Of a DNA stretch of 64,000 nucleotides, positions 8,807-17,387 are shown in pieces. The first letter of the stretch is position 1; every line of letters begins with the position of its first letter. The position numbers were made by a program, and so were the translations under genes. The notes under the pieces were generated by a model. That model searched no databases and had not been told where the DNA came from. It saw only the letters and a program-made list of their open reading frames with translations. Source of the DNA: an uncultured delta proteobacterium (GTDB lineage: Bacteria; Desulfobacterota; Desulfobaccia; Desulfobaccales; 0-14-0-80-60-11); contig CAWETI010000002.1 in the NCBI GenBank assembly GCA_963812015.1, forward strand, positions 320,001-384,000. The letters are read 5' to 3'.

Positions 8807-8887
8807 CGTTTGACCCTCCTTTCTTTTTTCCTTGGATTGATCGAGGTAGCCGTTGCAAGAGGTTTGGCCGGGTTGCCCTAAGCCTCC

Positions 8888-9694
8888 CTAATAATAAACG
8901 GGTGACCTTTTTCCAAACAACTTGGCTATCTCTTTGATAATTTTTCTCCACCCAAGACTTCTCATTTCAGCAAAGGATAATTCACTAATAAGATGGCCCT
9001 CATACGTGAACACTTCTTCTGGTGTAACTTCTCTATCATGAAATAGATTTAAATACTCTCGCCTAACAAATATTGCATTACAATGTACATTTGCTAATAA
9101 GATGTACTGTTTACTAACTGCAAGCTCTGTCATGGATGAGATGCTTGTTCCTGTATAACCAGTAATACCCCACATGGATGAGATGCTTGTTCCGCTATTA
9201 TCAAAAACAATTGATGAACCTGGCTTATTCATACGTTTTATTCCAGGTTTATCACGTATGTTAATCTCGATTATGACAACTTTTGGCTGATAATTATCTA
9301 AAGATTTCCATATATGATAATCATCACCGTCAACATCAATTGACAACAAATCGAATTGTTTTGGAATAGGCGTTAAACCTAATATTTTATCGAGTCTATT
9401 TTCCCCTTCGGGTCTTACAAAAGCATTGACACAAAAAGTGTCGTAGCCTTTCATGTTTTCACGCAAAAGATTATATTTCAACGGATCTGCTTCAATCATA
9501 ACACCATGGTAACCTAAGTGTGAAATAAAGTAATATGTATTACTTTCAGATTTGCCATCCCATGCTCCAAATTCTACGCACCAACCCGTCTTATCAGGTA
9601 TTTTTGATAGAACAAAAGCCAGTAGTCCATCTTCACCTTGTTTAGAAAAAAATGATTTGCGGTGGCTGAGTAATTTTTCAACTGTATCTTTCAT
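8888..9694 (-). CDS. FkbM-like SAM-dependent methyltransferase-fold protein (AT-rich)
   Basis: SKQGEDG, VEFGAWDG..SNT, IEAD, DLLSIDVDGDDYHIW, PKVVIIE, NAIFV. Confidence 0.75.
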   Translation of the reverse strand: MKDTVEKLLSHRKSFFSKQGEDGLLAFVLSKIPDKTGWCVEFGAWDGKSESNTYYFISHLGYHGVMIEADPLKYNLLRENMKGYDTFCVNAFVRPEGENRLDKILGLTPIPKQFDLLSIDVDGDDYHIWKSLDNYQPKVVIIEINIRDKPGIKRMNKPGSSIVFDNSGTSISSMWGITGYTGTSISSMTELAVSKQYILLANVHCNAIFVRREYLNLFHDREVTPEEVFTYEGHLISELSFAEMRSLGWRKIIKEIAKLFGKRSPVYY

Positions 9695-9755
9695 GAGGCG
9701 TCACGTTACGCATGGAAACCGCAGGCAGGCGGGGTTGAGCTGATCCTTGGCAGTT

Positions 9756-9792
9756 AAAACACAAAAGGCCCCATCTTGCGGACAAGGGCCTT
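9756..9792 (-). terminator. Putative terminator after hxsA
   Basis: AAGGCCC...GGGCCTT stem followed by a T-rich tract on the minus strand. Confidence 0.5.
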
Positions 9793-9835
9793 CGGCTGTT
9801 AATACATACACCAAGCGAGCGTTCTGGTCTTTTTT

Positions 9836-10069
9836 CTAATATCCCGAGCGGTGAGAATAATGGCTCGAATGGCTCTCATGGCTCGAATGGCTTTCGTGTT
9901 GGCCGATTACGGTGTCTATGCTGCTACCAATGGACTTCCCGTGCTCCAGATAAAGGGGTGATTTGGCGCTAATGTCCGGTACCGCTGCCGATACAGTCGC
10001 TGCCGATATGCCGAAAAGAGCCACAAGACCTGCAAGAACGCCCATCACCTTGCTGGATAGGCCTTTCAT
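9836..10069 (-). CDS. hxsA: His-Xaa-Ser repeat precursor peptide (77 aa)
   Basis: ATG 10069 after GGAGGGGG; C-terminus HES-HSS-HES-HSS-HYS-HRS-GY; hydrophobic N-terminus; adjacent to two radical SAM genes. Confidence 0.9.
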   Translation of the reverse strand: MKGLSSKVMGVLAGLVALFGISAATVSAAVPDISAKSPLYLEHGKSIGSSIDTVIGQHESHSSHESHSSHYSHRSGY

Positions 10070-10262
10070 AAAACCCCCTCCTTCGCCTCTAAATAGCCAA
10101 TTTAGCAATAATTTTGGTCTGACATTACACTCATAAGATATATGCTACTCTTAAAAATTCAATATGCAAGCAATTTATTTCTTTATTAAATGGCAATCAA
10201 GGTAAGTCCGCAGTGCTGAAGCAAATCGGTTGACAGACTCGCCTCCACTCCCTCCTTCAATG

Positions 10263-11387
10263 CTATTGCGGGCAAATATGGGGGCTTTGATGCGATCCGG
10301 AGGTTGTGAAAATCCCACAGCACTTCGATTTAACTGAGCATCCTTCACATACTGGAAGGTAATCATTTTTCCATCCTGAAATTGACTGCCTTGCAAAACC
10401 CCATGCCTTCGATTCAATCAGGCATAGCGGGAGGTTATAAATTGAGACGCTCATGTCCGCACGGCTCAACACCCTAATTGCCCGTGAAAGCTCATGACGG
10501 TAGTCATGCGGGTCAATCCAAACAGTCTCGTAATGATCGCAAGCAAGTCCGGTTATCTCCATTCCCATGAAGGCGCAGTGTTTGATGAAGGGAAAGTTCC
10601 TTTGAATGAAGGTTGCAATGGACTCAAGGCGGTGAGCGTTGATACGGCTCACAACTACCCGGATTTCAATCTTCTCCCGAAAGCGAGCGAGGTTCTGGAG
10701 GCCCATTGCTGTCTTATAGAAGCTGCCTTTAACACCTACAATCCGGTCATGAACCTCATCCACATCACTATGCATAGAAACACAGGTAAGAAAATCTTTG
10801 GGTCTTAATGATACAAAACGCTTTGTGAACTCGAATTTGGCGAATGACTTGCCGTTTGTGAGCAGCATAACGGTTGAGTCCGGATGTCTTTTGTTGATTA
10901 TCCCCAGGATATCGAAAAAATCTTCCTTCAATAGGGTAGGTTCTCCGCCAGTCAGGCAGATAGCCTGAGTATTCTCAATTTTGACAAGATTAAGGATTTG
11001 TTTACTTGTCTCCGTTAAAGTTCTATCGTGTGCTTTCGGCGGTTGTGGACACATAAGGCAATGGCAATCACACATCTCCGTCAGAAGGAGCGAATTCGTT
11101 GGGGACTTTTTCTCACAAACAACCGATATGACGCCGTCCTTGCCGATACGAACGCAATCTCCCTCTTGCAGTTTTTCTAAAACTTCGCCAGAAACTTTAG
11201 TTTGTGGTAACAAGCTCTTATTTTTACTAGAGTCTTTCACTATCAGTCCCGCAAAGCCCCTTGACAGTAACGAAGTCTCTTCAGTTACAAGAACGCTGTT
11301 ACCTCGCGATAGAGCCAGCGGGTTGCGCGTCACCAAGCCAAGAATCGGGGTCTCTATGTTCTCTGCTATCCCTTTAAATTGTCTCAT
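10263..11387 (-). CDS. hxsC: His-Xaa-Ser system radical SAM maturase HxsC
   Basis: LLLTEMCDCHCLMCPQPP (CxxxCxxC), TGGEPTL, SIYNLPLC, RQSISGWKN, C-terminal CxxC..CCG. Confidence 0.9.
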   Translation of the reverse strand: MRQFKGIAENIETPILGLVTRNPLALSRGNSVLVTEETSLLSRGFAGLIVKDSSKNKSLLPQTKVSGEVLEKLQEGDCVRIGKDGVISVVCEKKSPTNSLLLTEMCDCHCLMCPQPPKAHDRTLTETSKQILNLVKIENTQAICLTGGEPTLLKEDFFDILGIINKRHPDSTVMLLTNGKSFAKFEFTKRFVSLRPKDFLTCVSMHSDVDEVHDRIVGVKGSFYKTAMGLQNLARFREKIEIRVVVSRINAHRLESIATFIQRNFPFIKHCAFMGMEITGLACDHYETVWIDPHDYRHELSRAIRVLSRADMSVSIYNLPLCLIESKAWGFARQSISGWKNDYLPVCEGCSVKSKCCGIFTTSGSHQSPHICPQ

Positions 11388-12847
11388 GCTTCTTTACCGC
11401 GCACTTCTTTTAAACTCCGACCAGAAATCCACGACCAGAATACATCCATTTCATCAGGGTCGTTGCGCTTGAGTTTTTTGAATAGCATATCGAAGATTAG
11501 CTTGTTCTTCTTGCAGAAATCGTTACCCGGACGTTTCCCCATAAGGTCGCCTGTCTCAAGATAATTGCGTACAGGGTAGGAACCGCAGTAGGTGCGATAA
11601 ACGCAAGAGCTGCAATAAGGCATGATCTCGACACATGACTTGCTGACAATCTCCCGGAGCAGTTCCCCTCCAAAAATGCTTTCATAGGAATCTTTGAAAA
11701 CATTTCCAAGGCAGAAACGGCGGTCGCCCATCCTGGCGAGCATGCGCGCCTCATCTGCGGGGAAAACATCTCCGTTGTAGTCATAAATCGCGCCTGAAAT
11801 GCCTGCACCTGATGGAGATTGGAGATCGACGAAACCAGTGGAAAAAGGTGTAAGGATACGAGTAAGCAGAAGGTTCGTGTAGAACTCTACAAACCTTGGG
11901 CCGTTAAGATTGAGTTGGACGATAAGATTAAGGGCTTTTTCGAAATTCTCGACAAAATGCTCTACGGGATACCCCAGATGCTCCGCGTTCTTGGCGGCTA
12001 AACCATAGGGATTAAGCGACCGGATAAATATCCCATTGAAGCCAAGCTGGACATACTCTGCAACAACCTCTTCCAAGTGGTCGATGTTATCTATAGTGGT
12101 TGTCATGAGGGCATTCACCTGACCACGAAGGAGGATGTCGAAGGCTTTGTAGAGGTTTTTGATAAACGCATCGTAGGTACCGCCGCCACTTCTCAGTATC
12201 CGGTTCTTGTCGTGAAGGTTCCGGGGGCCGTCAAGAGAGGTAGATATGTGTATGCCATGTTCTTTAAAGAACATTAGCTGTTGCGTGTCAACCATGACGA
12301 GATTGGTGCAAACGACGAAAACAAGATGCTTATGGTATTTCTGGTTAACCTTCTTCGCATAAAGGACAGTCTCTTTTAGCGTCTCCCAGTTAAGGGTAGG
12401 CTCACCGCCTTGGAACTCTATCTTTATCGAGGGGGAAGGGGATTTGAAAATATAGTCAACAACACGGCGAGCCACCTCAGGTGACATGTCAAAGCCCTTT
12501 GCGTCGTCCACTTCAGCGGTCACCTGGCAGTATGAACAAGCGTTGCAGCACTTCAGGGTGATGACCATCATGTGGAGAGAGGTGAAATTTGAGAGAAATC
12601 TTTTCCGAGTCCGGTACTTCGCTGAAACCATCTCCAGCGTTTCCGGCAAGTGTTCCGTATTGAGGAAATGCCTGCTCTTTAAGTCGTAGCAGGAGAGGGA
12701 ATCGGGGGTCAGGTCGCTCTGTATGAACTTATGGAAATCGTCCTTATTGAGGAAGATGTATTCGCCACTTTCGTTGACGAGCAAGTAGTCATTGCTGTTA
12801 AACCGAGAGAACTGGAATGGCAGTATGTTCTGCCGTTGGTCGTTCAC
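11384..12847 (-). CDS. hxsB: His-Xaa-Ser system radical SAM maturase HxsB
   Basis: LPFQF N-terminus, TSLHMMVITLKCCNACSYCQV, KIEFQGGEP, VDLQSPSG, DEARML, SPASM-like CSSC..YCG..FC. Confidence 0.9.
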   Translation of the reverse strand: MNDQRQNILPFQFSRFNSNDYLLVNESGEYIFLNKDDFHKFIQSDLTPDSLSCYDLKSRHFLNTEHLPETLEMVSAKYRTRKRFLSNFTSLHMMVITLKCCNACSYCQVTAEVDDAKGFDMSPEVARRVVDYIFKSPSPSIKIEFQGGEPTLNWETLKETVLYAKKVNQKYHKHLVFVVCTNLVMVDTQQLMFFKEHGIHISTSLDGPRNLHDKNRILRSGGGTYDAFIKNLYKAFDILLRGQVNALMTTTIDNIDHLEEVVAEYVQLGFNGIFIRSLNPYGLAAKNAEHLGYPVEHFVENFEKALNLIVQLNLNGPRFVEFYTNLLLTRILTPFSTGFVDLQSPSGAGISGAIYDYNGDVFPADEARMLARMGDRRFCLGNVFKDSYESIFGGELLREIVSKSCVEIMPYCSSCVYRTYCGSYPVRNYLETGDLMGKRPGNDFCKKNKLIFDMLFKKLKRNDPDEMDVFWSWISGRSLKEVRGKEA

Positions 12848-13188
12848 AGAGATTTTACTTCCTTGTGGAGGTCAAGAGGTGAAAAGGCATGGGCGACAAT
12901 CAGATCGCGTATCCTACCATTTATCTTGTCAAGCTGATGTCTGACCTGGTGGTCTATGAGAGCGTTGGCAAAATCTTTTAGATCTTCACTGACATCCCTG
13001 GCTTTGTCTTTCGCTTCGAAGATAACCGTCACCGAGTTGTCAACATTAGGGGTTATTAGGATATGGTAGCTGTCTGTAAATTGATAAGTAGCCGCGTGAA
13101 TGGCTTCGAGGTTGTAAATGCTGGTGTTAACGGTTATGTTGCCCCGTCCAGAACCGGAATCACAGATTAAATCTGATATTACTTGCAT
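12844..13188 (-). CDS. hxsD: His-Xaa-Ser system protein HxsD
   Basis: IYNLEAIHAATYQFTD...FANALIDHQVR...IRDLIVAHAF; overlaps the hxsB start; start chosen at ATG 13188 after a purine-rich RBS. Confidence 0.85.
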   Translation of the reverse strand: MQVISDLICDSGSGRGNITVNTSIYNLEAIHAATYQFTDSYHILITPNVDNSVTVIFEAKDKARDVSEDLKDFANALIDHQVRHQLDKINGRIRDLIVAHAFSPLDLHKEVKSL

Positions 13189-13265
13189 GCGTTGCCCCCC
13201 TTCCGTGAATAGCATCCACCCTTCCATCCCTGTTGCGCAGCGGGTTTAGCTTTGTCTGAGATTCC

Positions 13266-13295
13266 AGCATAAGCCCACTTTTTCACAAATGTCAA
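13266..13295 (-). promoter_or_regulatory. sigma70 promoter for hxsDBC
   Basis: Minus strand TTGACA-N18-TATGCT. Confidence 0.6.
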
Positions 13296-13433
13296 AATTA
13301 TAATTTACATTTTTCATTAACTTTCATCTGGAAGTCCCCCTGCCCCCTTTGCTCCACTTCCTTGCAGGGACAGGCGGTTACGGTTAGAGAATAAGGTTAA
13401 CAAGGGTGAAGTAATTTTCCTCAGGATATTTCC

Positions 13434-13462
13434 TTGACAAGTATGACCAATGGTCATATATT
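13434..13462 (+). promoter_or_regulatory. sigma70 promoter with palindromic operator, upstream of the HTH-integrase pair
   Basis: TTGACA(13434)-N17-TATATT(13457); palindrome TATGACCA-A-TGGTCATA at 13442-13458. Confidence 0.75.
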
Positions 13463-13468
13463 AAGATT

Positions 13469-13669
13469 ATGACAGGGCAGGATTTAAAAAACTGGAGAAA
13501 AAAGTGGAGAATCACTCAGATCGAATTAGCCCGGTTGCTTGGAACCTATCAGGAAACCATCAGCCGATGGGAGGGGGGTAAGAGGGGAATTCCATCCCAT
13601 TTATTCCTAGCATTAGAGGCCCTGGAACACCGGATAATGAAAGGAGGCAAAGATGGCCTTACTGGTTGA
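13469..13669 (+). CDS. XRE-family helix-turn-helix protein
   Basis: LKNWRKKWRITQIELARLLGTYQETISRWEGG; overlaps the integrase start. Confidence 0.85.
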   Translation: MTGQDLKNWRKKWRITQIELARLLGTYQETISRWEGGKRGIPSHLFLALEALEHRIMKGGKDGLTG

Positions 13670-14741
13670 ATGTCCAGAGTGCAAGAAGCGGAATAGCCAG
13701 AGAGCGAAAAACTGCAAATGCGGTTTTGCTTTGGCGAAATTTTCAGGCCGGGTCTGGTGGATTGAGTATTATGACCATGATAAGCGGCTGAGACGGGAAC
13801 GGATCGGCCCCAACAAGGCGGCGGCAGAGCAACGGCTCAGGGAAATTTTGAGCGCCAGAACAGAGGGGCGGTACATCAAGAAAAGCCCTGATAGCCTCAC
13901 CCTCTTTAAGGAATTGGCCCATTGGTATCTTGACCTTCCCGAAGTGAAGGCGAAGCGGAGCCATGTGAGGGACCGTTACAGCGTGGAAAAGCTGTTACCC
14001 TTTTTTGGGGACCGGCTCTTAAAGGACATCACCCCAGCCATGGTGGAGGCTTACCGGCAAAAGCGTTTAGTGGAACCATCTTACCGAAAGCACTTGACCT
14101 TGCCTGCCACGGTTAACCGGGAAGTTACCTGCCTAAAGGTGATTTTCAATAAAGCAGTCAAGAATGGCAAGGCGGAAAAAAATCCGGTTCAGGGGTTGAA
14201 GCTGCTCAAAGAAAACAATGAACGGGACCGGATATTAAGCCCCGAAGAATATACTCTGCTGATAGTTCATTGCCCGGAGCATCTTAAGCCCATTGTGAAG
14301 ATGGCGTATTATACCGGCATGAGACAGGGAGAAATCCTCAATCTCACTTGGGACCAGGTGGATTTAAGAGAGGGTTTTGTCCGGCTGAATCCGGAGCACA
14401 CCAAGACCAACGATGGGCGACTTGTGCCTCTTACCGGGGAACTGGTGGATATGTTCAAGGCCATGCCAAGAGGCTTGCCGGGAGTGAAGGTGTTTACCTA
14501 CCAGGGAAAGTCTGTGTCCTGCATTAAGAAGAGCTTTGTTACGGCTTGCAAACGGGCAGGGATTGAGAGCTTTTGCTTCCATGATCTGAGGCACACGGCC
14601 ATTAATAACTGGCGACAAGCCGGGCACGACTATTTTAGAATCATGGCGGCCACTGGCCACAAGACTATGGAAGTGTTCAAGCGGTATAACACGGTCAGCC
14701 GCGATGAACTGAAAGCCCTGGTGAATGGAAAAACGGAATGA
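13653..14741 (+). CDS. Tyrosine recombinase/integrase with N-terminal zinc ribbon
   Basis: CPEC..CKC N-terminus; catalytic TGMRQGE, HTKT, FHDLRH, TGHKT, KRYN; convergent on the tRNA 3' end. Confidence 0.92.
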   Translation: MALLVECPECKKRNSQRAKNCKCGFALAKFSGRVWWIEYYDHDKRLRRERIGPNKAAAEQRLREILSARTEGRYIKKSPDSLTLFKELAHWYLDLPEVKAKRSHVRDRYSVEKLLPFFGDRLLKDITPAMVEAYRQKRLVEPSYRKHLTLPATVNREVTCLKVIFNKAVKNGKAEKNPVQGLKLLKENNERDRILSPEEYTLLIVHCPEHLKPIVKMAYYTGMRQGEILNLTWDQVDLREGFVRLNPEHTKTNDGRLVPLTGELVDMFKAMPRGLPGVKVFTYQGKSVSCIKKSFVTACKRAGIESFCFHDLRHTAINNWRQAGHDYFRIMAATGHKTMEVFKRYNTVSRDELKALVNGKTE

Positions 14742-14801
14742 ATATTCACCTATATATTCACCAAGACAAAAAATGGGTTAACCAATAATGGCTAACCCAT
14801 T
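14742..14801. repeat. att-proximal repeats (candidate integrase arm sites and hairpin)
   Basis: Direct repeat ATATTCACC at 14742 and 14754; inverted repeat AATGGGTTA (14772) / TAACCCATT (14793). Confidence 0.55.
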
Positions 14802-14809
14802 GAAATCTT

Positions 14810-14886
14810 TGGTGGGCGATGGGCGACTCGAACGCCCGGCCTTTGGTTCCGGAGACCAACGCTCTATCCACCTGAGCTAATCGCCC
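14810..14886 (-). tRNA. tRNA-Arg(CCG)
   Basis: GGGCGATTAGCTCAGGTGGATAGAGCG-TTGGT-CTCCGGA-ACCAA-AGGCCGGGCGTTCGAGTCGCCCATCGCCCACCA; CCA encoded. Confidence 0.96.
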
Positions 14887-14895
14887 ACGTAAAAA

Positions 14896-14923
14896 ATCAT
14901 ATCAGATTCAGGCGCGCTGTCAA
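14896..14923 (-). promoter_or_regulatory. tRNA promoter
   Basis: Minus strand TTGACA-N16-TATGAT just upstream of the tRNA. Confidence 0.65.
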
Positions 14924-14974
14924 GGTGGATCAGCCCCGCACCGGGTTGGCCGGCATCACCTTCCCGTGGCCTGG

Positions 14975-16042
14975 TCAATTCCACAGCTTGATGGCGACAA
15001 AGGGTCCCTGGTTCACCGGGGGGGTCTCGCCCTGGGCCACCCACAAGACCCGGTCGCCGGGGGAAAAAACGGTGCAGACCGCGGTGCCGGCATTGGCGAT
15101 CTCAGGGTCGGCGAGAATTTTTTGTAAGTCCATGGGACCCAGTCGGCGGTCTGAGGCCAACTCCTGGAGCCGCCGGTCCCGGTCCTGGCTATAGGCCTCG
15201 GTGAAATGGTAAGAGGAGAGCACGGAATAGGGCGGGGGCGGCGGAAAACGCCCCTTCAGTCCCTGCATGGCCGGGCTTTGATAGTGATTGGTGACGGTGA
15301 GCAATCCCTGGTGCGGCTGGCGCCGGGCCCCGTGTCGGGCCGAGAGCTCCACCACCAGTGCCTCCCGGGGCCCGCACAGCAGGAGATTATTGCCGATGGT
15401 GCCGGCGTCCGAAAGGACGCGGTCGGCCACCGCGGTCACCGTGTTACCTTCCTCCAGGCCCCGGCGGAAGCGCAGGGCCGCCGGAGTCCCCTTGAGGGTG
15501 CGGTCCCGGCTCACGGTGGAGAGCTGAGCCAGGGCCACGCCGGCGGAGTTGATGCCGGTGCATACCCCCACGTATCCCGGCCAGGCCAGGGAGGCCAGGG
15601 GCTGACCCCGGTGAGGCGAAAGGAGAAACAGGGTTTGGCAGCGGGACAGGTAATCGGTGAATACCGGATAATCCAGGTTGCGCCCCATCAAATAAGCCCC
15701 CTGGTCGGTGTGTCGGTCTCCCACCGCCAGGGCCGAGCACCGGGGGCTGTTATTGGCCAGGTCATCCATGACATTAAGGAGCAGGATGCTTCCCAGGCTG
15801 ACTTCGGCCCCGGCGGCGATGGCGGCCATCTCCTGCTGGAGGTGGGGAGGGATGTAAGGCCAGAACCCCCGGGCCAACCACTTCAGGAGGCCATATAGGG
15901 GCAGAGCCCCGGCATACAGGCTGATCCGGGCCAGGTAGGCCAGAAGCACCCGGCGCAGCAGGCGGATGTCGGCGGCCAGGGTTTGCCCGTGGCGGCGCCC
16001 CAATTCTTGCGGCGAGCCCCAGATTTCCAGCGTGCGTAACAC
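14975..16042 (-). CDS. C45 family autoproteolytic acyltransferase/peptidase (Ntn hydrolase)
   Basis: CSALAV nucleophile, GRNLDY, GINSAG, TNHY. Confidence 0.85.
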   Translation of the reverse strand: MLRTLEIWGSPQELGRRHGQTLAADIRLLRRVLLAYLARISLYAGALPLYGLLKWLARGFWPYIPPHLQQEMAAIAAGAEVSLGSILLLNVMDDLANNSPRCSALAVGDRHTDQGAYLMGRNLDYPVFTDYLSRCQTLFLLSPHRGQPLASLAWPGYVGVCTGINSAGVALAQLSTVSRDRTLKGTPAALRFRRGLEEGNTVTAVADRVLSDAGTIGNNLLLCGPREALVVELSARHGARRQPHQGLLTVTNHYQSPAMQGLKGRFPPPPPYSVLSSYHFTEAYSQDRDRRLQELASDRRLGPMDLQKILADPEIANAGTAVCTVFSPGDRVLWVAQGETPPVNQGPFVAIKLWN

Positions 16043-16206
16043 GTTTGTCTTCCCATGGGAGCCTGGCCCGGTAGAGCCCTGCCGGCTCCCCTGGTTAGCC
16101 TGGCGGATTCAGGGTTTCGGGCTTGGCGCCGCCACATCAGGCAGGCGGCGCGGTGATGCGGCCCGGCCGGGAGATCGGCTTGCGCCCTTTCGCCTCCCGG
16201 GAAACC

Positions 16207-16755
16207 TCACTTGGCCAGGGTGGCCAATTTCTTCAAATCCATCTGTTTGGCCGCCTCTTTTAACACCTCGAGATTGTCGATACCCTCACCGTCGATTTTT
16301 ACCCAGAACCGGTTCGCCACACTGATGCTCAACTCACCCTGCTTATCTTTGGTGCGATAGTTTTCCAGGGCCTTGAAACCCTGCACCTCGGTGGTGCGCA
16401 CGATTTCTTCGCTGCTCTCCATTTCCATTTGCTGTCCCGTCAGGAAGGGAAAAGGCTTCCCCAGGAAATCCATGATGATGACCTCCAGGGTCTTGTCCCC
16501 GGCCTTAAACGACACCCGGGCTTCACTCATCACCATTGGCCCCTGTTTCACGGTAGTGCCGCAGGGCTTGCCTTCCATGGCCCAGCCGGGGATTTTAATA
16601 TCCACGAAGGGCACCAGTTCTCTGAAATGGACCACCTCCGCCGAGGCCGGCAGAGCCAGACCGACAATCATGTATGACAGACCGAGGAGGGCCGCCACCC
16701 CGAATTTAGCCGTTTTGGCACGAAGATAGGACATGCTTGTTCCCTTTCTGTTCAT
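16207..16755 (-). CDS. Exported hypothetical protein
   Basis: Signal peptide ending PASA; VANRFWVKIDG C-terminal motif. Confidence 0.65.
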   Translation of the reverse strand: MNRKGTSMSYLRAKTAKFGVAALLGLSYMIVGLALPASAEVVHFRELVPFVDIKIPGWAMEGKPCGTTVKQGPMVMSEARVSFKAGDKTLEVIIMDFLGKPFPFLTGQQMEMESSEEIVRTTEVQGFKALENYRTKDKQGELSISVANRFWVKIDGEGIDNLEVLKEAAKQMDLKKLATLAK

Positions 16756-16786
16756 AAGGATACTATGTTGGGAAAGCCCTGGTGTC

Positions 16787-17194
16787 TTAGGAGCCCTGCC
16801 GGGAAGACTTTAACCAGAACGCCGTGGCCAGGCCCCAAATCACCCCGAAAAAGGTGACCAGGAGCGGCGCCATATATCCCAGTTCCAGGCCCAAGAGGCC
16901 TTTCCCCATTTTCGGGAAAATGATCACCAGTTGGATCAGCGTCTGCCCCAGGCTATAAAAGGCGCCCCGCAGGTAACAGGACCCGGCCAGGGGCAGGAGA
17001 AACAGGAGAGCCCAGAGGCCGCCCCACACCAGGTGCTGATAGACCCACATGGGGGTCAACGTCGGCGTCATCTTGAATCCCAGCACGGCGTTAATGCCGG
17101 CGGCGCCGAAGCTCCAGGCCACGATGGATTTTACCAGGCCGCCAAAGGCGCCGGCGGCAAAGATCAGGCTGAGATTCCGACAAAAATTGTTCAT
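16787..17194 (-). CDS. Small integral membrane protein (paralog of 17388-17795)
   Basis: ATG 17194 after GGAGGG; RNLSLIFAAG..LVWGGLWALLFLLPL..GLLGLELGY. Confidence 0.75.
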   Translation of the reverse strand: MNNFCRNLSLIFAAGAFGGLVKSIVAWSFGAAGINAVLGFKMTPTLTPMWVYQHLVWGGLWALLFLLPLAGSCYLRGAFYSLGQTLIQLVIIFPKMGKGLLGLELGYMAPLLVTFFGVIWGLATAFWLKSSRQGS

Positions 17195-17387
17195 CTGAGT
17201 AGTGATCCCTCCGGCATGGGGAGTCGGCCGGTCACCGGGGTCCCGGTGCATGTGCATCACCTGGGGCGGATTGACGAAAATTTTAGACTATTTTTGGCCA
17301 AGCTCCAAAAGGTTTTAAGATCGGGGGGAAGATGGACCGGTTATATAAAGACCGGCCAGCCGCCCCCAACCCGCCCCGGCGCCTTTA

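Larger units (their letters stand above)
1..14809. mobile_element. Integrative genomic island at tRNA-Arg(CCG); left boundary not seen in window
   Basis: Integrase next to the tRNA 3' end, heterogeneous and lower-GC cargo, IS remnant; no second att copy found by eye. Confidence 0.65.

Noticed and set aside
8868..8880. GCCGGGTTGCC resembling a GEMM riboswitch 3' end
   Set aside because: No upstream CAAACC or GACGGAAAG elements.
9850..9900. Short nucleotide repeats GAATGGCT/ATGGCTC
   Set aside because: Explained by the His-X-Ser codons of hxsA.
14411..14422. CGATGGGCGACT inside the integrase matches the tRNA 3' region (14817-14828)
   Set aside because: Only 12 bp, inside an intact CDS and lacking the CCA end; compatible with chance, so not called as an att site.
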